A stretch of 63,916 bases of DNA, counting the filler, from Collodictyon triciliatum (taxonomy: Eukaryota): NCBI GenBank assembly GCA_043381765.1. It is 8 parts of 8 records of this genome, joined end to end, with 100 filler letters (N's around TTAATTAATTAA, not from the genome) between each part and the next. Parts side by side here need not be neighbours in the genome. Positions count along the whole stretch, not along the records: positions 44,339 to 53,095 come from JBHJMP010003295.1; positions 53,196 to 61,971 come from JBHJMP010003296.1; 6 more parts are not named here. One strand, given 5' to 3'. Positions within the stretch are counted from its first letter, which is position 1. Every line of letters starts with the position of its first letter. Shown here one piece after another: positions 45,037 to 58,500 of the stretch. Position numbers and translations under genes: made by a program. The notes below the pieces were generated by a model. The model was not told the DNA's origin. It saw only the letters and a program-made list of their open reading frames with translations, and ran no database searches.

Positions 45037-47118
45037 ATGAACGCAGTGTCGATTTATGTCCAAGCGTTTTACTCGGTCAGTGGAAACTTTGAAGCTTCTC
45101 TGTCTGCTCTTCTGCCAATCCTCTCTGGGTTCGATGCACACGCAAAGGTTTATACATAACTTGTCCGTCGCATAGAAAGATTTTCTTTTTCCTATATTCG
45201 ATCCATTGCATAGATAGATGTTCTTTTTTTTAAAAAAAAAAGAAAATAAAAAAGGGGATGGAATCCTGTTTTACCGCCATTGTATCTTTAAATGTTTTAA
45301 ATAAGCTTTGTTGATGTTTTCAAATGTTTTATTTACATTTTGAAGCATGCAGACATTAGTACAATAGGCTGATTTTGTATGATATGTACAAAGATATTGC
45401 ATCCGTGCTGACTCTTTTCTTTTTTCTTTTNNNNNNNNNNNNNNNNNNNNNNNNNNNNNNNNNNNNNNNNNNNNNNNNNNNNNNNNNNNNNNNNNNNNNN
45501 NNNNNNNNNNNNNNNNNNNNNNNNNCTTTTTCTTTTTCTTTTTCTTTTCTGCTCCTTCTGCCTTCTTCCTATCTGCTTCTGCTTTCAATATCTATCTCAC
45601 ACATCTCATTGTTAATGAATATGCGGGTCAATCACTATTTAGGTATCTGAATTATTTTCTGCCATTGACGAAACTGTAATAGCCCAAATCAAGACGTTGT
45701 TTGCAATCAACTACGCCTTTGAGACTTCCATCATCGGACAAGTACTCAAATCGATCATAGACAGCGATAGACTTTGTTTTGTGTCCAATTAAAAAAACAA
45801 TACATTTGACGTCTTATCCAACTAGATTGGACAAGAATCTATAAGTCCCAATTTTATACTCACTAATACAATTTACATCCACCCAAAAATCATCCAACAG
45901 TTGAAGAGAGTAGAAAGTAGAGCCAAGAAGATTTATGGGAATGAAGAATATCGCATCATGCATTCAAAAATTCTCTTGGAAAAAACGTTTTCTCTACGGA
46001 AACCGTCCAAAATACGCGGTACACCTTTTGGAACCATAACAAAGAATCGCCTCGAGACAATCAAAAATGAAGTAGGACGTATTCCGTACACTTTACCTGC
46101 AAAATACAGGATACCTGGCGAAATAAAGACGTGTTTTTCCTTCAAATTACTGGAAAACCTCAAAATATCTTTCAAAGATGAAGCAAGCTGCATGCTAGCG
46201 ACAAGAAAAACAATTAAGGAGCTCGCCTTTGCTGATATTCCTATAGACTCATATGGCAGGTGGGTTTATTCCGGATTTTGGAGCATTCCTCGGACAATCG
46301 ATTCTCTGGCCGGACCTAAACGTAAGGTTGGAAGTCGAGGCTCAGGAGACGAGCAATTCAGTCGGCCTTTCGGAATAGCGATTTCCCCGGTTAACGGCAA
46401 CATATATATCGCAGATGCAAGAAATGGGCGAATTCAAATCATATCCCCAGACTTGACCTTTCTTTCACGTTTTGGAGAGCAAGGCATAGGCCCAGGTCAA
46501 CTGATGGATCCATCCGGCGTGGGGTTTTCATTAGACGGATCTACATTGGTTGTAGTTGACCAAGGAAACCACCGAATTCATCTCTATACGCACGAAGGAG
46601 TTCTCATCCGCACAATAGGTGCCCAGGGGCATGAAGCGTATCAATTCAATAGACCTTACTTTGCTTCATTTGACCAAGAAAATAATTTCTATGTAAGTGA
46701 TTACCGAAATGAAAGGGTTCAAAAGTTTAGCGTGGATGGAGAGTTCATTCAATCAATAGGCAATGAAGCAAATGCAAGTGCAACCGTTGGTATGGTTTGT
46801 GGAATGATGATAAATGATGCCAACGAGCTGATGACTATTTCAAATCCGGGGAGTATCGTCAAGGTGTGGTCTACAGACGGAACTTTCTTGCGTGAGTATC
46901 ATGTGGAGACCACGATGAACTTGGATAATTACCTTGGGCGCAGTGTCGATGGTGGCTTTATTCTTACAGACTACGGAGGAAACAAGGTGACATTCTACTC
47001 TTCAAATGGGGAAAAGCTCCAGCAATTTCAGTTTCCTGGTCCTGTTGGAGCCGAGTTTGATTCACAGGGGCGTTTGTATCTCCCGTGTTGGAGCGAGTCC
47101 TACTTTACTGTTTGGTAG
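45037..47118 (+). CDS. NHL-repeat beta-propeller protein with unknown N-terminal region, about 3 exons
   Basis: GSRGSGDEQFSRPFGIAIS..IYIADARNGRIQII; GPGQLMDPSGV..VVVDQGNHRIHLY; QFNRPY..YVSDYRNERVQKF. Upstream in-frame exons at 45037-45147 and 45643-45741. Confidence 0.88.
45431..45525. other. internal scaffold gap (95 N, no stop linker)
   Basis: N run flanked by TTTTTC repeats inside the NHL gene's first intron. Confidence 0.9.
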
Positions 47119-47983
47119 CGATTAGCTCGAGCAGCTAAAGATAACAGCATTTTGGGAACTAAATCGCTTCAATAAAAAGAAATATATAAATCCGCCATTT
47201 TTTTTTTCATTCTCTTGGAGCGTGTCAATATGGAAGATATCATATTTTTTATGCATTTGGATACACTGATGGGTTTATGCAAAATTCTTTTGACGGGATG
47301 ACGTTTGATGAATACATTTTGCAAATGGCATGATTATACCCATGTCGCTGCTTATTGCTGTTGCTTTGTTGTGTATAGAACAAGATACGATTATTAGAAA
47401 GTTTCATTGTGTTTTTATATCCGATTTTGCGGCTGACAATTTATGAGAATATCCTTCGTTAGTGTTATATATTGATATAGAATCGCCCATTAGAGCGCAA
47501 TTTTATTTTCAGATGCAAGGCCCTTTAAAGGTTAAAAGGCGAGAATGAAAGAGGGCATCGAGATAGCATATAAATGATACTCCATAAAAACGACGAATAA
47601 CTGGAACTAAATTTGTGAAACGCCCTGCAGAGGAAAGATATTTCCATGGGCCAATCGGCTCAACTCTACTCTTCTTCGTTCATACTCGCGAACCTCGCTG
47701 ATGGGACTAGAAACACACAAATAAGCAGAGTTATATATGGCTCTGTAGGCTCGTGTGTTTGCTATACACAACTCAAAATTCAAAATAGCATGGCCTATGC
47801 ACGATGTAACAAATGATTGAAAGGTGATGATGACGCACCGCATCAGTTTCTCGGAGATAGACACAAGGTTGATATAGAGCGCCTCTAGAGCACCTATAAC
47901 AAAGTGAATGGAAATCAAAATTCACGAGTTTTTCTTGATGAATTTATTGTGTGTTGGATAGAAGAAAACTCGAGAGTAAAAAT

Positions 47984-50900
47984 TCAGCATTTAACCATAC
48001 CATAGTCTTTTGAATCTTGATACATATCAATTCGCTTCTTCAAGCTTCTGTAAATCAACCCGTGGTACTTTGGGTTGATTTCCAATATAACAGGTAAATA
48101 TATGGTGGCATCTTTGTAATCCTGTGTATTTCATAGATAAAAAGTAAAGGGTTTAATTAAACCCCCAAATAAAGCATGCCAGTGGATTATAGTCAAGAAT
48201 GTTTATGGTCTTTTTAATTAAAAAATCCACATATTTGGTTTCAGATTAACTATAATTTTATCACCTTCAACAGCGTTTTCCACAAGTATTTGCCTTTTTT
48301 AAACAGATACTGGTCGTATTCCTTATTCATTTTCCAAACAATATTTGGAGACTTCCCAAGGAGCCTGCATGCTTCTTTCAAGCCAACAGACCTCATGAGT
48401 TTTTTCTGGATTTCTTCGTGTTCGTAACCTGCTATATTCAAGGCTTGTTTGTAACCATTCAGCATCTCTTCCATCAATTGGCGACCATACTCGTCTACTT
48501 CATTTTTCTGGCAATGTTTTCGAAGTTCCCCAGAAAGGGCATCTGCATACCGAACCCAGCCTTTGGTTTTTTCGGACTCATCGTCCAAATATTTCTCGGT
48601 AATAATATCCCCAAGACTCTGAGCGTAAGATTTTTTGAGGTGGTATCTGTGATAAGAATAAGATGAAAGTCGGAAAGTTTAAATAATGTATGTATTGGAT
48701 TTTATTTTTGGAGTAGATATTGAGAATATAATGATGATAACCTGTTGTTATTTATATGAATCATTCCAGAGTTTTCTAATACGGAAAGAAAAGCATCCCT
48801 TAACGAGGTGTGCCATATGTTAGAATGCGTATTAAAATGCTCGTGCATTCAGAATTATACAACACCACAAACAAATCATATAAATTACTGTTGTAGCTTA
48901 TCCGATGACCCCTCCGATATACTCGATATGTAATCCATCAAACAAGTACTGTTAACTCCATTTTGATCGGAAAGGTACACAGGAACGAGGATACCTTCAA
49001 CTGTTTTGGTACCTTATTATATGGCAAATCGAGTAAGGAAATACAATTAATAACTCTATAATAAAAAGAAAAAGGAATCAGTTAGGTAAAGATAATGACT
49101 TAAGTAGCAATAATACCATAGCTTTTAGTCCATTGTTCGATTGTTAATCTAATAATTTTGGTGTGACTTTTTTTCCCCAAATACTGGCGAATCATATTTG
49201 TCACTTCCTCAAACTTGCCAAAGTTTACAATTTCTGACAAGAAAAATCGAAGGGTAACCGGATTCACTATGTTGATATTTTTAGTGCATCTATAATGATG
49301 GTTTTAAATATATAATACCATAGAATGATGTTTTTTTATTTGTGTGCACATCGCGAAAATATACAACAAATAGAAGGAAATAAAACTAGGCTAGACTCAC
49401 AAATGGGTGAGTTTTCCTTAATGCCTTCTTCTAATATGGTCTCCTGTATTCTGGAGAGACATTTTGAATTTTGGATCATCTCATCTCTGACAGTATCAAT
49501 AACTTGCTTCTTGGATAGATTCCCGATGGTTGGCTGTGTATTAATAACAATTTAAAAAATTACAGTAATATGATTCATATGTGGTTTAAAACATCTGATT
49601 TTCTCTTGATGTATCCCTTATGATAGTTCTTATCACATTTCACACCTCCTCAACGTAATTAGGTGGACCAAGCTATATCATATAGGTTAAAATCATGAGA
49701 AATTAATAAATAGATAAGGTTGTGCATCTACTGCCAAATACGGTAATCATTTTATTTGATATTGTCATTTAGTTGATGTTCGTTGATAATTTGTCTTTAA
49801 TTATTTTAAAACCTGAAAATCTGCCTTCAGAGCATTCAATACGTGATTTTTGACCATCTCTATTAAATCAGAAACTCTACTGCTGGGAAATGAAAACACA
49901 GGATAGTGTGCTTTAATGTCATTTTTTAAATTATCTTGAAGTTTTCTGTCCCTTTCATCACCATTTGCTGTGGCGTCCTAAGTATTTTAAAAATTAAACA
50001 TACACAAATACGAAGGTATCTAAATTTTGTCGCCAAATGTTTCATATGACAGAAACTTCCATACGTTGCATGGGATTCACAATTGTGTTATTACTTTTTT
50101 TTAAAAAAAAAAAACGACTTTCACTCGTGGATTACTTACTTCGATTTTTTCGTAAAAGAAAACACGGTATGAGTATGGCCTTTCAATGAAGGCTGCGGCT
50201 CTAATCTAAACGATGAATCAAGAGGCCATATTAAAAGACACAAGTCAAATTTTGGTGAAAATTGAAATATGTTTACTTCAAATTCCGTAGCACTCGTATC
50301 AAGAGGGAAATATTTCGTCCATTCGTATCGAAGAGATGTTTCTTTTGACCACTCTTCTCTGGAATTTCGATTTGGAATCCACCCAAATCTTCAACAAAAA
50401 AAAACCCTTTTGAATTTAAAATAAACGATTGAATGATGCATAACTGTGATCAAAATTTTGTGTTAAAGGCTATATACCTGGAACCGAGGAAACAAACAAA
50501 GTATTCAGAGTTTTCAACCTCATCCAAACACCTTCTCATGGTCTTTAATTCATTTTTTATATAAAAGGTAAGGACTATGTGAGAGGAAAATATATAATAA
50601 TTTTAAAAAAAAATAGTGTTTGGTTGGACGTTTAATATTTTTACATGTCCTTTTTGTGATTCTTCAGGCGTTACACCCCAGCGCAAGTCAGCAAAAGTAA
50701 TTTTGACTCCTAAATATCTTCCCTGCGATATAATCCTATATATATTTATTAAAAAAAAAATGTAACAATAAGAATCACACATAATGGTTTGGTTGAATAA
50801 AGTTAGGGAATGAAAAGAAAAAACATCAAGAGGTGGAATCATTTAGGTGGGAAAAATACCATGGTTGAGCCAATCTTGTGAACTGCTCTCTCACATCTTT

Positions 50901-52942
50901 CATATCGCTAAAAGTAGAAGATAGAAATATTTTGAGTTCTCTTTTCTCTTGGACGATTGGTCTCATGGAATCTTTGACAGTTCTATTCCCCTGAAAATTC
51001 TCAACTAAGGAATTAGTGGGAAGTTTGTAGTCCTTGTATTGATATTGTCGTATAATACACCCGTTTGTACAAAGAAAGGCTTCCATACTGGGGTTCCAGT
51101 CAATTTTTTGTTGTAAACCGCATTTGAATATATAAAGATTCATTCCTCGTTGTTCGTAGGGAAGACGCTTCATGCACTCTGGGCATGCGATACCCTCTGA
51201 AATGGGCTTCTCATTGTAAATTTTAGTAAATATTTCGCTTACCAGAGTTTTGACAGCAGATAATGTGCACAAATTCTTTTTCGTTTTGATTTTGATAACT
51301 ATCTTTTGACATAATGGAAATCGAACAACTGAAGTGGAATCCTGCTTGATTAATTAGATGTGAATAAGAATATTTTTTTTTATGAAATCGGTACTTATCA
51401 TATTACTAGTAGTTCAAGGTTGATTAATGAATAAAAGATTAATAAACTTACCGTTTTGTTACTAAAAAAACGTATAAAGATGTCAAAATCACTCCCAGAA
51501 GATATTTCAGCTCCTTCTTGACTGCCTTTGATTGAAATAGGAAACACCAAGACACTTCTACTCAAGAATATTCCGTCGTAACTATTTCCACCAGTGTTTA
51601 TTCCAAGAAGTGTAATTATTCGTACGAGAATTCTGCTGAATGCAGTTTTTGGAATAGTCGACGTATATTGTATCACATAGCTAATAGACTCTACATCTTC
51701 TGCGCTCTCAAGCCATTTTCCACTAGGTATGTCATCATTATCTGGTATGAGAAGGGGGAACAACTCTATATTTCCGTGACGAAATGAAAGTCCAAATGAT
51801 CGGAATGTGTCAATTACTATTTCAGCAAACTCGTTTTTCTTTGAGTCGAGACTGTCTCTCGGAAGTGATTCTTTCACCTGAGCTATCAAAGTTGTATACT
51901 GAAAAACTCCTGGATTGATATCAGATAACTCCAAGTAGTTGAAGGTAAAAATTGATCGGAAAGCCCTTATAAGGATTTCGGGTTCAACAAAAATGATCTT
52001 CTCTAATCCGTTCCTGTTATGCCAAGCTATGGCTCCGTTATCATTCAGGAAACAAAGTGCTGACCTTGTTTCACTTGCACTCATGGTATAGTTCTCTTGG
52101 CAAAAGGCTTCGATATCTTGCAAAGAAATCCATAGAATATCTTTTAATCTTTGGGTTTCAAAGTATTCCTTCAATTTGTTATATTTACCAGGAATCAGCT
52201 TACCAACATGAGGCATCTTTACGATTATTTTATTTATTGTGGATTTCAGGGTTTCGATTCCTTCACCAGTTTTATTACTCACCGCAAAATGACCAGAAAT
52301 ATGTATAATATTTCCATATTTTGAACAAATTCTTGAGTATTCTCGATTACATTCTTCCTGGACCTTAATGAGGTCTTCTTGGGGCACATCATCAAGGCGA
52401 GTGCCAACAATCAGGACGAATGCATTGGTACAGTTGTAAGAAACCATTTCGAGCCATTCATAAACGTCATTCATGAGAGGAATGCTGAGCATCGAGTAAA
52501 CGATGACAAGCAAGCATCCTTGTGTCAGGAAAAATGGGTGGGTGGCGTGGAAAATATCTTGTCCACCAAAATCCCATATCTTTGCGGAAACAATGGGTCT
52601 TGATAATGATAGTGATATTTTTGATTTCTCTATTTCTATTCCGGCGGTTCTTTCTCTATTTGCAATTAGAGTGCTGTAGAATCCACCTGTGATAGATGTG
52701 TCTTGCAATAGAGATTTTCGCAGCGTAGTTTTCCCTGTTTCTCCAGCACCAAGAAGCATTATCCGTCCTTCAGACCACAAGACATTCTCTTTTTCTAGTA
52801 GTTGTGAGTAAAGAAAGTAGAATAAAGCTTCACTTCCGCGCTTTAGAACTGCTTGTGGAACTGTCTCAATCGAGTTCGACTTATATTTGAGACCTTTGGC
52901 CAACTTTGGTAGGTAACCAAGAACTTCGGGGACATGTCTGAA
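47984..52942 (-). CDS. ROCO protein: (LRR)-Roc GTPase-COR-Cys cluster-DUF4062-like-unknown C-terminal domain, 5' end missing
   Basis: P-loop LLGAGETGKTTL; RTAGIEI; IWDFGGQDIFHATHPFFLT; IVGTRLD; VSNKTGEGI; COR ALCFLNDNGAI, FPLLIP, IPKTAFSRILVR; then KIFLSSTFSDM, ADLRWGV, CLDEV, FLGSRFGWIP, SATEFEI. Confidence 0.88.
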
Positions 52943-52998
52943 CTAAAAATGTAATTATGAAAATATGAGTTGAATAGTAGGTTTTATATTTTTAACAC

Positions 52999-53095
<97 letters not shown>

Positions 53096-53339
53096 NNNNN
53101 NNNNNNNNNNNNNNNNNNNNNNNNNNNNNNNNNNNNNNNTTAATTAATTAANNNNNNNNNNNNNNNNNNNNNNNNNNNNNNNNNNNNNNNNNNNNTTTTG
53201 TTTTTTGTTTTTTGTTTTTTGTTTTTTGTTTTTTGTTTTTTGTTTTTTGTTTTTTGTTTTGTTTTTTGTTTTACTGATCTGGAAATCTAAATATAAAAAT
53301 TGCAATTGACATGTTTGGTATGACAACGCTAAGGCAGAT

Positions 53340-53520
53340 AACCACCCAAGCCGCAGACAAAACGCTCGGAACCACTGTATCTGGAAGAGACAAAAGATTT
53401 CCTCCGATTGTTGCAAACAACCACACAACCTCGATCGGCCAATGCCTGATGGAAAACGGAGAAAGCAGAGTCATGGAGACAAGACTGCCGATGATTTTTC
53501 CCAAAAACTGGGGAAACTGT
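53340..53520 (+). pseudogene. possible decayed Myb/SANT-like fragment
   Basis: KRSEPLYLEETKDFLRLL...NA*WKTEKAESW then, after a frameshift, DKTADDFSQK; loosely resembles MADF/Myb-like domains of PIF/Harbinger elements. Confidence 0.25.
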
Positions 53521-55567
53521 AAACTCTGTTGGAATCATCATGCCTTTTTCCTTGAACCAATGGAAAGGCAGGTAGTTTTTCTTTTTCTTTTTTTCTTTTG
53601 GTGGTTTCATTAGCAAAACTCGATCATAGGCGCAATTATAAAACATAACTATGCTAAACGTGTTCCCTGTGTGTATAAAAAAATATTTTTATGGTTGTCA
53701 TTCCTTTTCGAAAGATCAAAGGCCTTTTGCTGTTAAACTTGACTGACTCCAGACATGGAACCAGAAAAAAACATGTAAGTTCACAGGGTTAAGAATAATA
53801 TGAAGCATGATTGAAAGGAGAACAGAAAACAAAAAATGGTTACTTTTTTTTAAAAAATTCATATTGGTGTATTATTTTATCTTTCATTCAAAAAGGGGAT
53901 CTCTTGTTGGTTTTGTGTTAATGCTATAGCAGGCTTCGCCTTTTCATAATTTGTTTCGAAGTAGACGTACAGGAAGCAATATGTACAAGAATTGCAGCTC
54001 TGTAAAAATATTTAAGCTATTTACGATAATAATACCATTTGATCAATTAATCCGAAACGCGTCCATTCTTAATCGTAACACTACCTCTTAGTGTGGTTTA
54101 TTCTCCAACGGATCCAATAAGAGTGTGTCGATTCCTACATCATAAATGTCATAAATCTGACCACTTTTGACTGGCCGCAGCAAGTCTTTTTTTATTCAAA
54201 AAATCTTAGCTGTTGAGCCCGTCTCAACAATCACAGGCCGTAGCAAGTTCAGTTAAAATGCATCTCAGTTAACTTAAACGCTCGTGCGCATCTGAGTTTT
54301 GGTTTCATGTATTTGTAGGTGGAATTAACTTAAAATCTACATAAATAGTTCCTTGGAGCATCGGGGATAGATTCGATAAGTTAAGTAATTCTTATGGATC
54401 GAAGACCCTCCTAATCTGAAGTTTTGGAACTTTATATTTTCATATGACTGGTAAACCACACAAAACAAAGCATAAAATATGATATTAGCCATTATTATAA
54501 AATATGTTATTTTAATATTTTCATCTCATTTTTAAAAAAAAATTTTTGATTAATTAAATGCCATTTTTCGAAAGTGTGTAATCTTACCATAGATATTAAT
54601 CTTACACAAATGAACAGATTGATCTATGTACGAAAAGGATAGAAATTGTAAATCTTAAAGTATTTTTATTCATATTGAAGTCTATTGACTCACCTGTTTT
54701 ATTTGATGAAATCAATTCCGCGAATAGATGTTTCCCCCGTCTTTTTTCAATGGCTTTTAATAATAAGGGCGGATGCTTCTTTTTCATATCTTAGCCAAAT
54801 TATCAAATTATATCCATATAGTTTGAAGAGTTATATCACAAATAGTAAAAAAAAAAAAAAAAACAAATTAATCTGACTTTGTATAAATCGTTTTGATATG
54901 ATCATATTCCATGGTGTAAGAAATCAATCCAAGAATCCGAGATAACAAGATATATATTCTCTTTAATACGATTTATTACTATCTGATATAACTTCATCCA
55001 CATAAGAAAAATTATCTAATCATAATCGAGGGAATTAATGAATAAATTCAAGCTAAATGCTATATTTAAAGACTTGATAATAATGAGAAGAATTACACAT
55101 ATTCTGTTCTTTAGATACTTGAATTACATGGACTCAAAAATCCACCTTTTACCCATCGCTTCATTTTAAAGCAAAATGAAATCAAAAATATAAAATAGCA
55201 TCTTCTGTTCATAAAAAATAATTATTTATATTCTTTTCAGAGAATGTTTTATTGGTGCATAATTGTAAACCTAGTAGATAAAATGACAATAATTCAAATT
55301 GAACGACTATGTGTTGAACAAAAAATCAGTTATTCGCGTAGTAAAAAGTGAATTTTTTTAAATATATTCGATGTAACTAAAAAAATTAAAATCAGAATGT
55401 TATCAAATGTATCAATTAATAATTCATGGAATATAAAATAAATATTTATATTGTTTATCTGTATTGATTATTGAATTATATTTTTGCGGGATTTGTAAAA
55501 AAAAATTGAAATAAGAGGTTAACTATTGATAATCGTTTGATGGAAAACTTGAAAACATAGGTGCTTC

Positions 55568-58500
55568 ATGATAAAGCGAGCGATATCTTTCCTTTTTCTC
55601 CTCTTGGTTTTATCTGACTCAGTACAGTCAACAAATAGGTTATTTTTAACAATCATGCTCTACCTATTCTACTTTTTCTTAAACTTAATAATTAATAGAT
55701 ATACTTGCCGTTACACCAGAGATGAATTGACCACCATGAAAATCGATGATGCATTCCAAATACTTTTAATGCTATATGAAGATTACTGTCCTTCAACTCA
55801 AGCTGATATCATGAAGAATGTGGATGGGGAATGCTCTTATCTGGATGAGAATGCTATTCACGGAGCAATTTACGAGACAAATTACAAGGAAGAAAATTAT
55901 GAAAACAAAGAATTTTTCATACATCCGAAGAAAATTGCAACAAATATGGACAAGGCGTCAGCAAATAACGTGTTGAATGCATATTTGATTCAAAATCAAT
56001 CTGAGCTTCTCATCGAACTTTACAACCTACTTGACGGAGATAATTGGACTGATAATAGAGACTGGAAAGATAGCACTGTTCCAATTTGTCGGTGGTACGG
56101 GGTAAGGTGTGATATGGATTGCCCTGATGAAGATTTGGAGGTAAGGGATAACAAAAATTATACCTGTTTCATGATAATTACTAACTTTATGAAAATAGAA
56201 CAATAGTTGTCCAGTTGTTGGAATGATTATGCCCATGAATAATCTTCGTGGTGATTTTGGACCCGTCTCTTCTGTATTCGAGCAGCTCCCCTTTCTAACT
56301 CTGCTTGATTTGAGTTTAAATTCAATTTATGGCAGCCTACCAGACCTAAATCTTCCAAATTTCTCTCATTTCAATATGTATGATAATCAAATAAGTGGTG
56401 CAATACCAGACTTTCAAAGAATTCCGAATATTGAGAGTCTTGAAATTGATGAGAACATGTTAGAAGGCACTGTGCCTGATTTTTCAGGAACGCCGTTACT
56501 AAAAATTCTGTGGGTTGGTTCGAGTGAAAAGTTGACAGGTTTGATAAAATATGTATAATTATTTATTCATTAAAAAATTATCAGAGATTCACATTTATCA
56601 TCATATTACACGTAAGGCACTTTACCAAATTTTTCGGGATTACCAAATGCTCAAGTCATTGGTATATATGGAAGTCGCATTCATGGTTTGATATAGATAT
56701 TCATAAACTTCTTAATTCATAAATGTATTCCATAATTAACGTCAAGCTGAATAGCCAAACATATTTCTTTCCGATGAAATCCCAGGGACTGTTCCTGATT
56801 TTTCAAATGTACAAAATTTGTATGTTCTCACCCTAACAAGCAATGAGTTTCATGGTTAGTAAGAAATTGTGAGAAACATACTGCACGATATTGGTTTTAA
56901 CTTTATTGTTTAATTTTACTAGGCCATCTTCCAAATTTTAGTCAAATACCAAGAGTTTTATATCTTTACCTTTACAACAATTTGCTTAATGGTAAGTTTA
57001 TACAGAAAAGATTATTTTTGTATCTCTTAAAAAAAATAATGATGAAAGAACGATTTTCACTCAGGAACGATTCCAAATTTCAGTAATGCTCGCAGTCTGA
57101 TATGGTTGGGATTATCTAATAATCTTCTATTAGGTAGGATTTTAATGTATATTCATAACTGGATATTCAACACTATTAAAATAAAATTAAAACGTAGGAA
57201 CAATTCCTGACTTTAGTGAAACAAACCAATTGGAGATGATTTATCTCGATGGAAATCATCTTTATGGTACATATTTTTACATTTTATCCAAAGGAATTAC
57301 AATAAATACAAATTCTATGTCAGGAACAATACCTGGATTTCAGCAAGTCTTCAATTTGGTTTCCATTTATATTTCTGGCAATGAATTGGAAGGTAAATAA
57401 TCGTTTGGGTAATCTGAAACGAACGTATCACTTTTAAAATTGTACTTTTTCAGGGACCACTCCAGAATTCCAACAATTTTTGAAACTGGAACATTTATCT
57501 GCTTACGACAATCACATCAAAGGAGCAGTTCCGAGTTTTGAAAGCTGCCCTACTTTAAAAGAGATCGTGCTCTATAGAAACCATTTGAGTGGCACCCTTC
57601 CAACATTCAAGCTACCTATGTTATGGAATTTGGATCTTAGTGAAAATGGTATCACCGGCTCTATTCAACATGATTGGCAGATTGATTCGATTGAATACAT
57701 TGACTTATCCAGAAACAGAATGAATGGAACTATCCCAAATGTGTTTGAAAACTTACCCCAGTTGAAATCAATAACTCTGTCACATAACCAATTTTCGGGA
57801 GCTATGCCCATCAAATTTTGGAATCAGGATAGCTTGATATCGATTGACTTGAGAAACAACTCCTTTTCAGGAGATGTTGGTGTTTTCATAGTGACTCCCT
57901 CAGGAAATTATGATTACAATTATGAGAGTCTTGTACTTGACCACAACCGGCTCCATGGTGTTTTTAATTGGAGAATATTTAACAATTTACTGAAGGTAAA
58001 AAAACTAAGTCTTCAAAACAACCAGATCAAGGGACTTGACGAAGTTACAAACTTACTTCAATGGAACTCGCTTGACTTGTCTGGAAATCCGATAGTTGGG
58101 GCAATACCTGAATCATTTAGTAAATTTTCGAAACTTGAATATCTAGGACTGAAAAATACGTCTTTGCACCATGGAAACTTCAACTTCCTTCCCGATTTCA
58201 TGGACTTCACAGACCCCTTTAATTTGGAAGATGAATCGAAGCTCTACATCTGCCCCTCTATTATTTCTAGATCTGGTTTGGTTGAATTGGATATTGCCTT
58301 AAATCCGGAATACTACGACTACGAATTTTGCAAATGTTTGCCTGGGTACATAGGATTTGGATACACATGCGTCCAGTGCCCACAGGACTGCGAATGCCCA
58401 GACGGTAAAACTTTGAAAGGTTGTCACGCTTCGCCTTATGTGACATCTATAAAATCAATTATTCTTTGCCCACAACCGGAATCATGCAAAACTTCGATTC

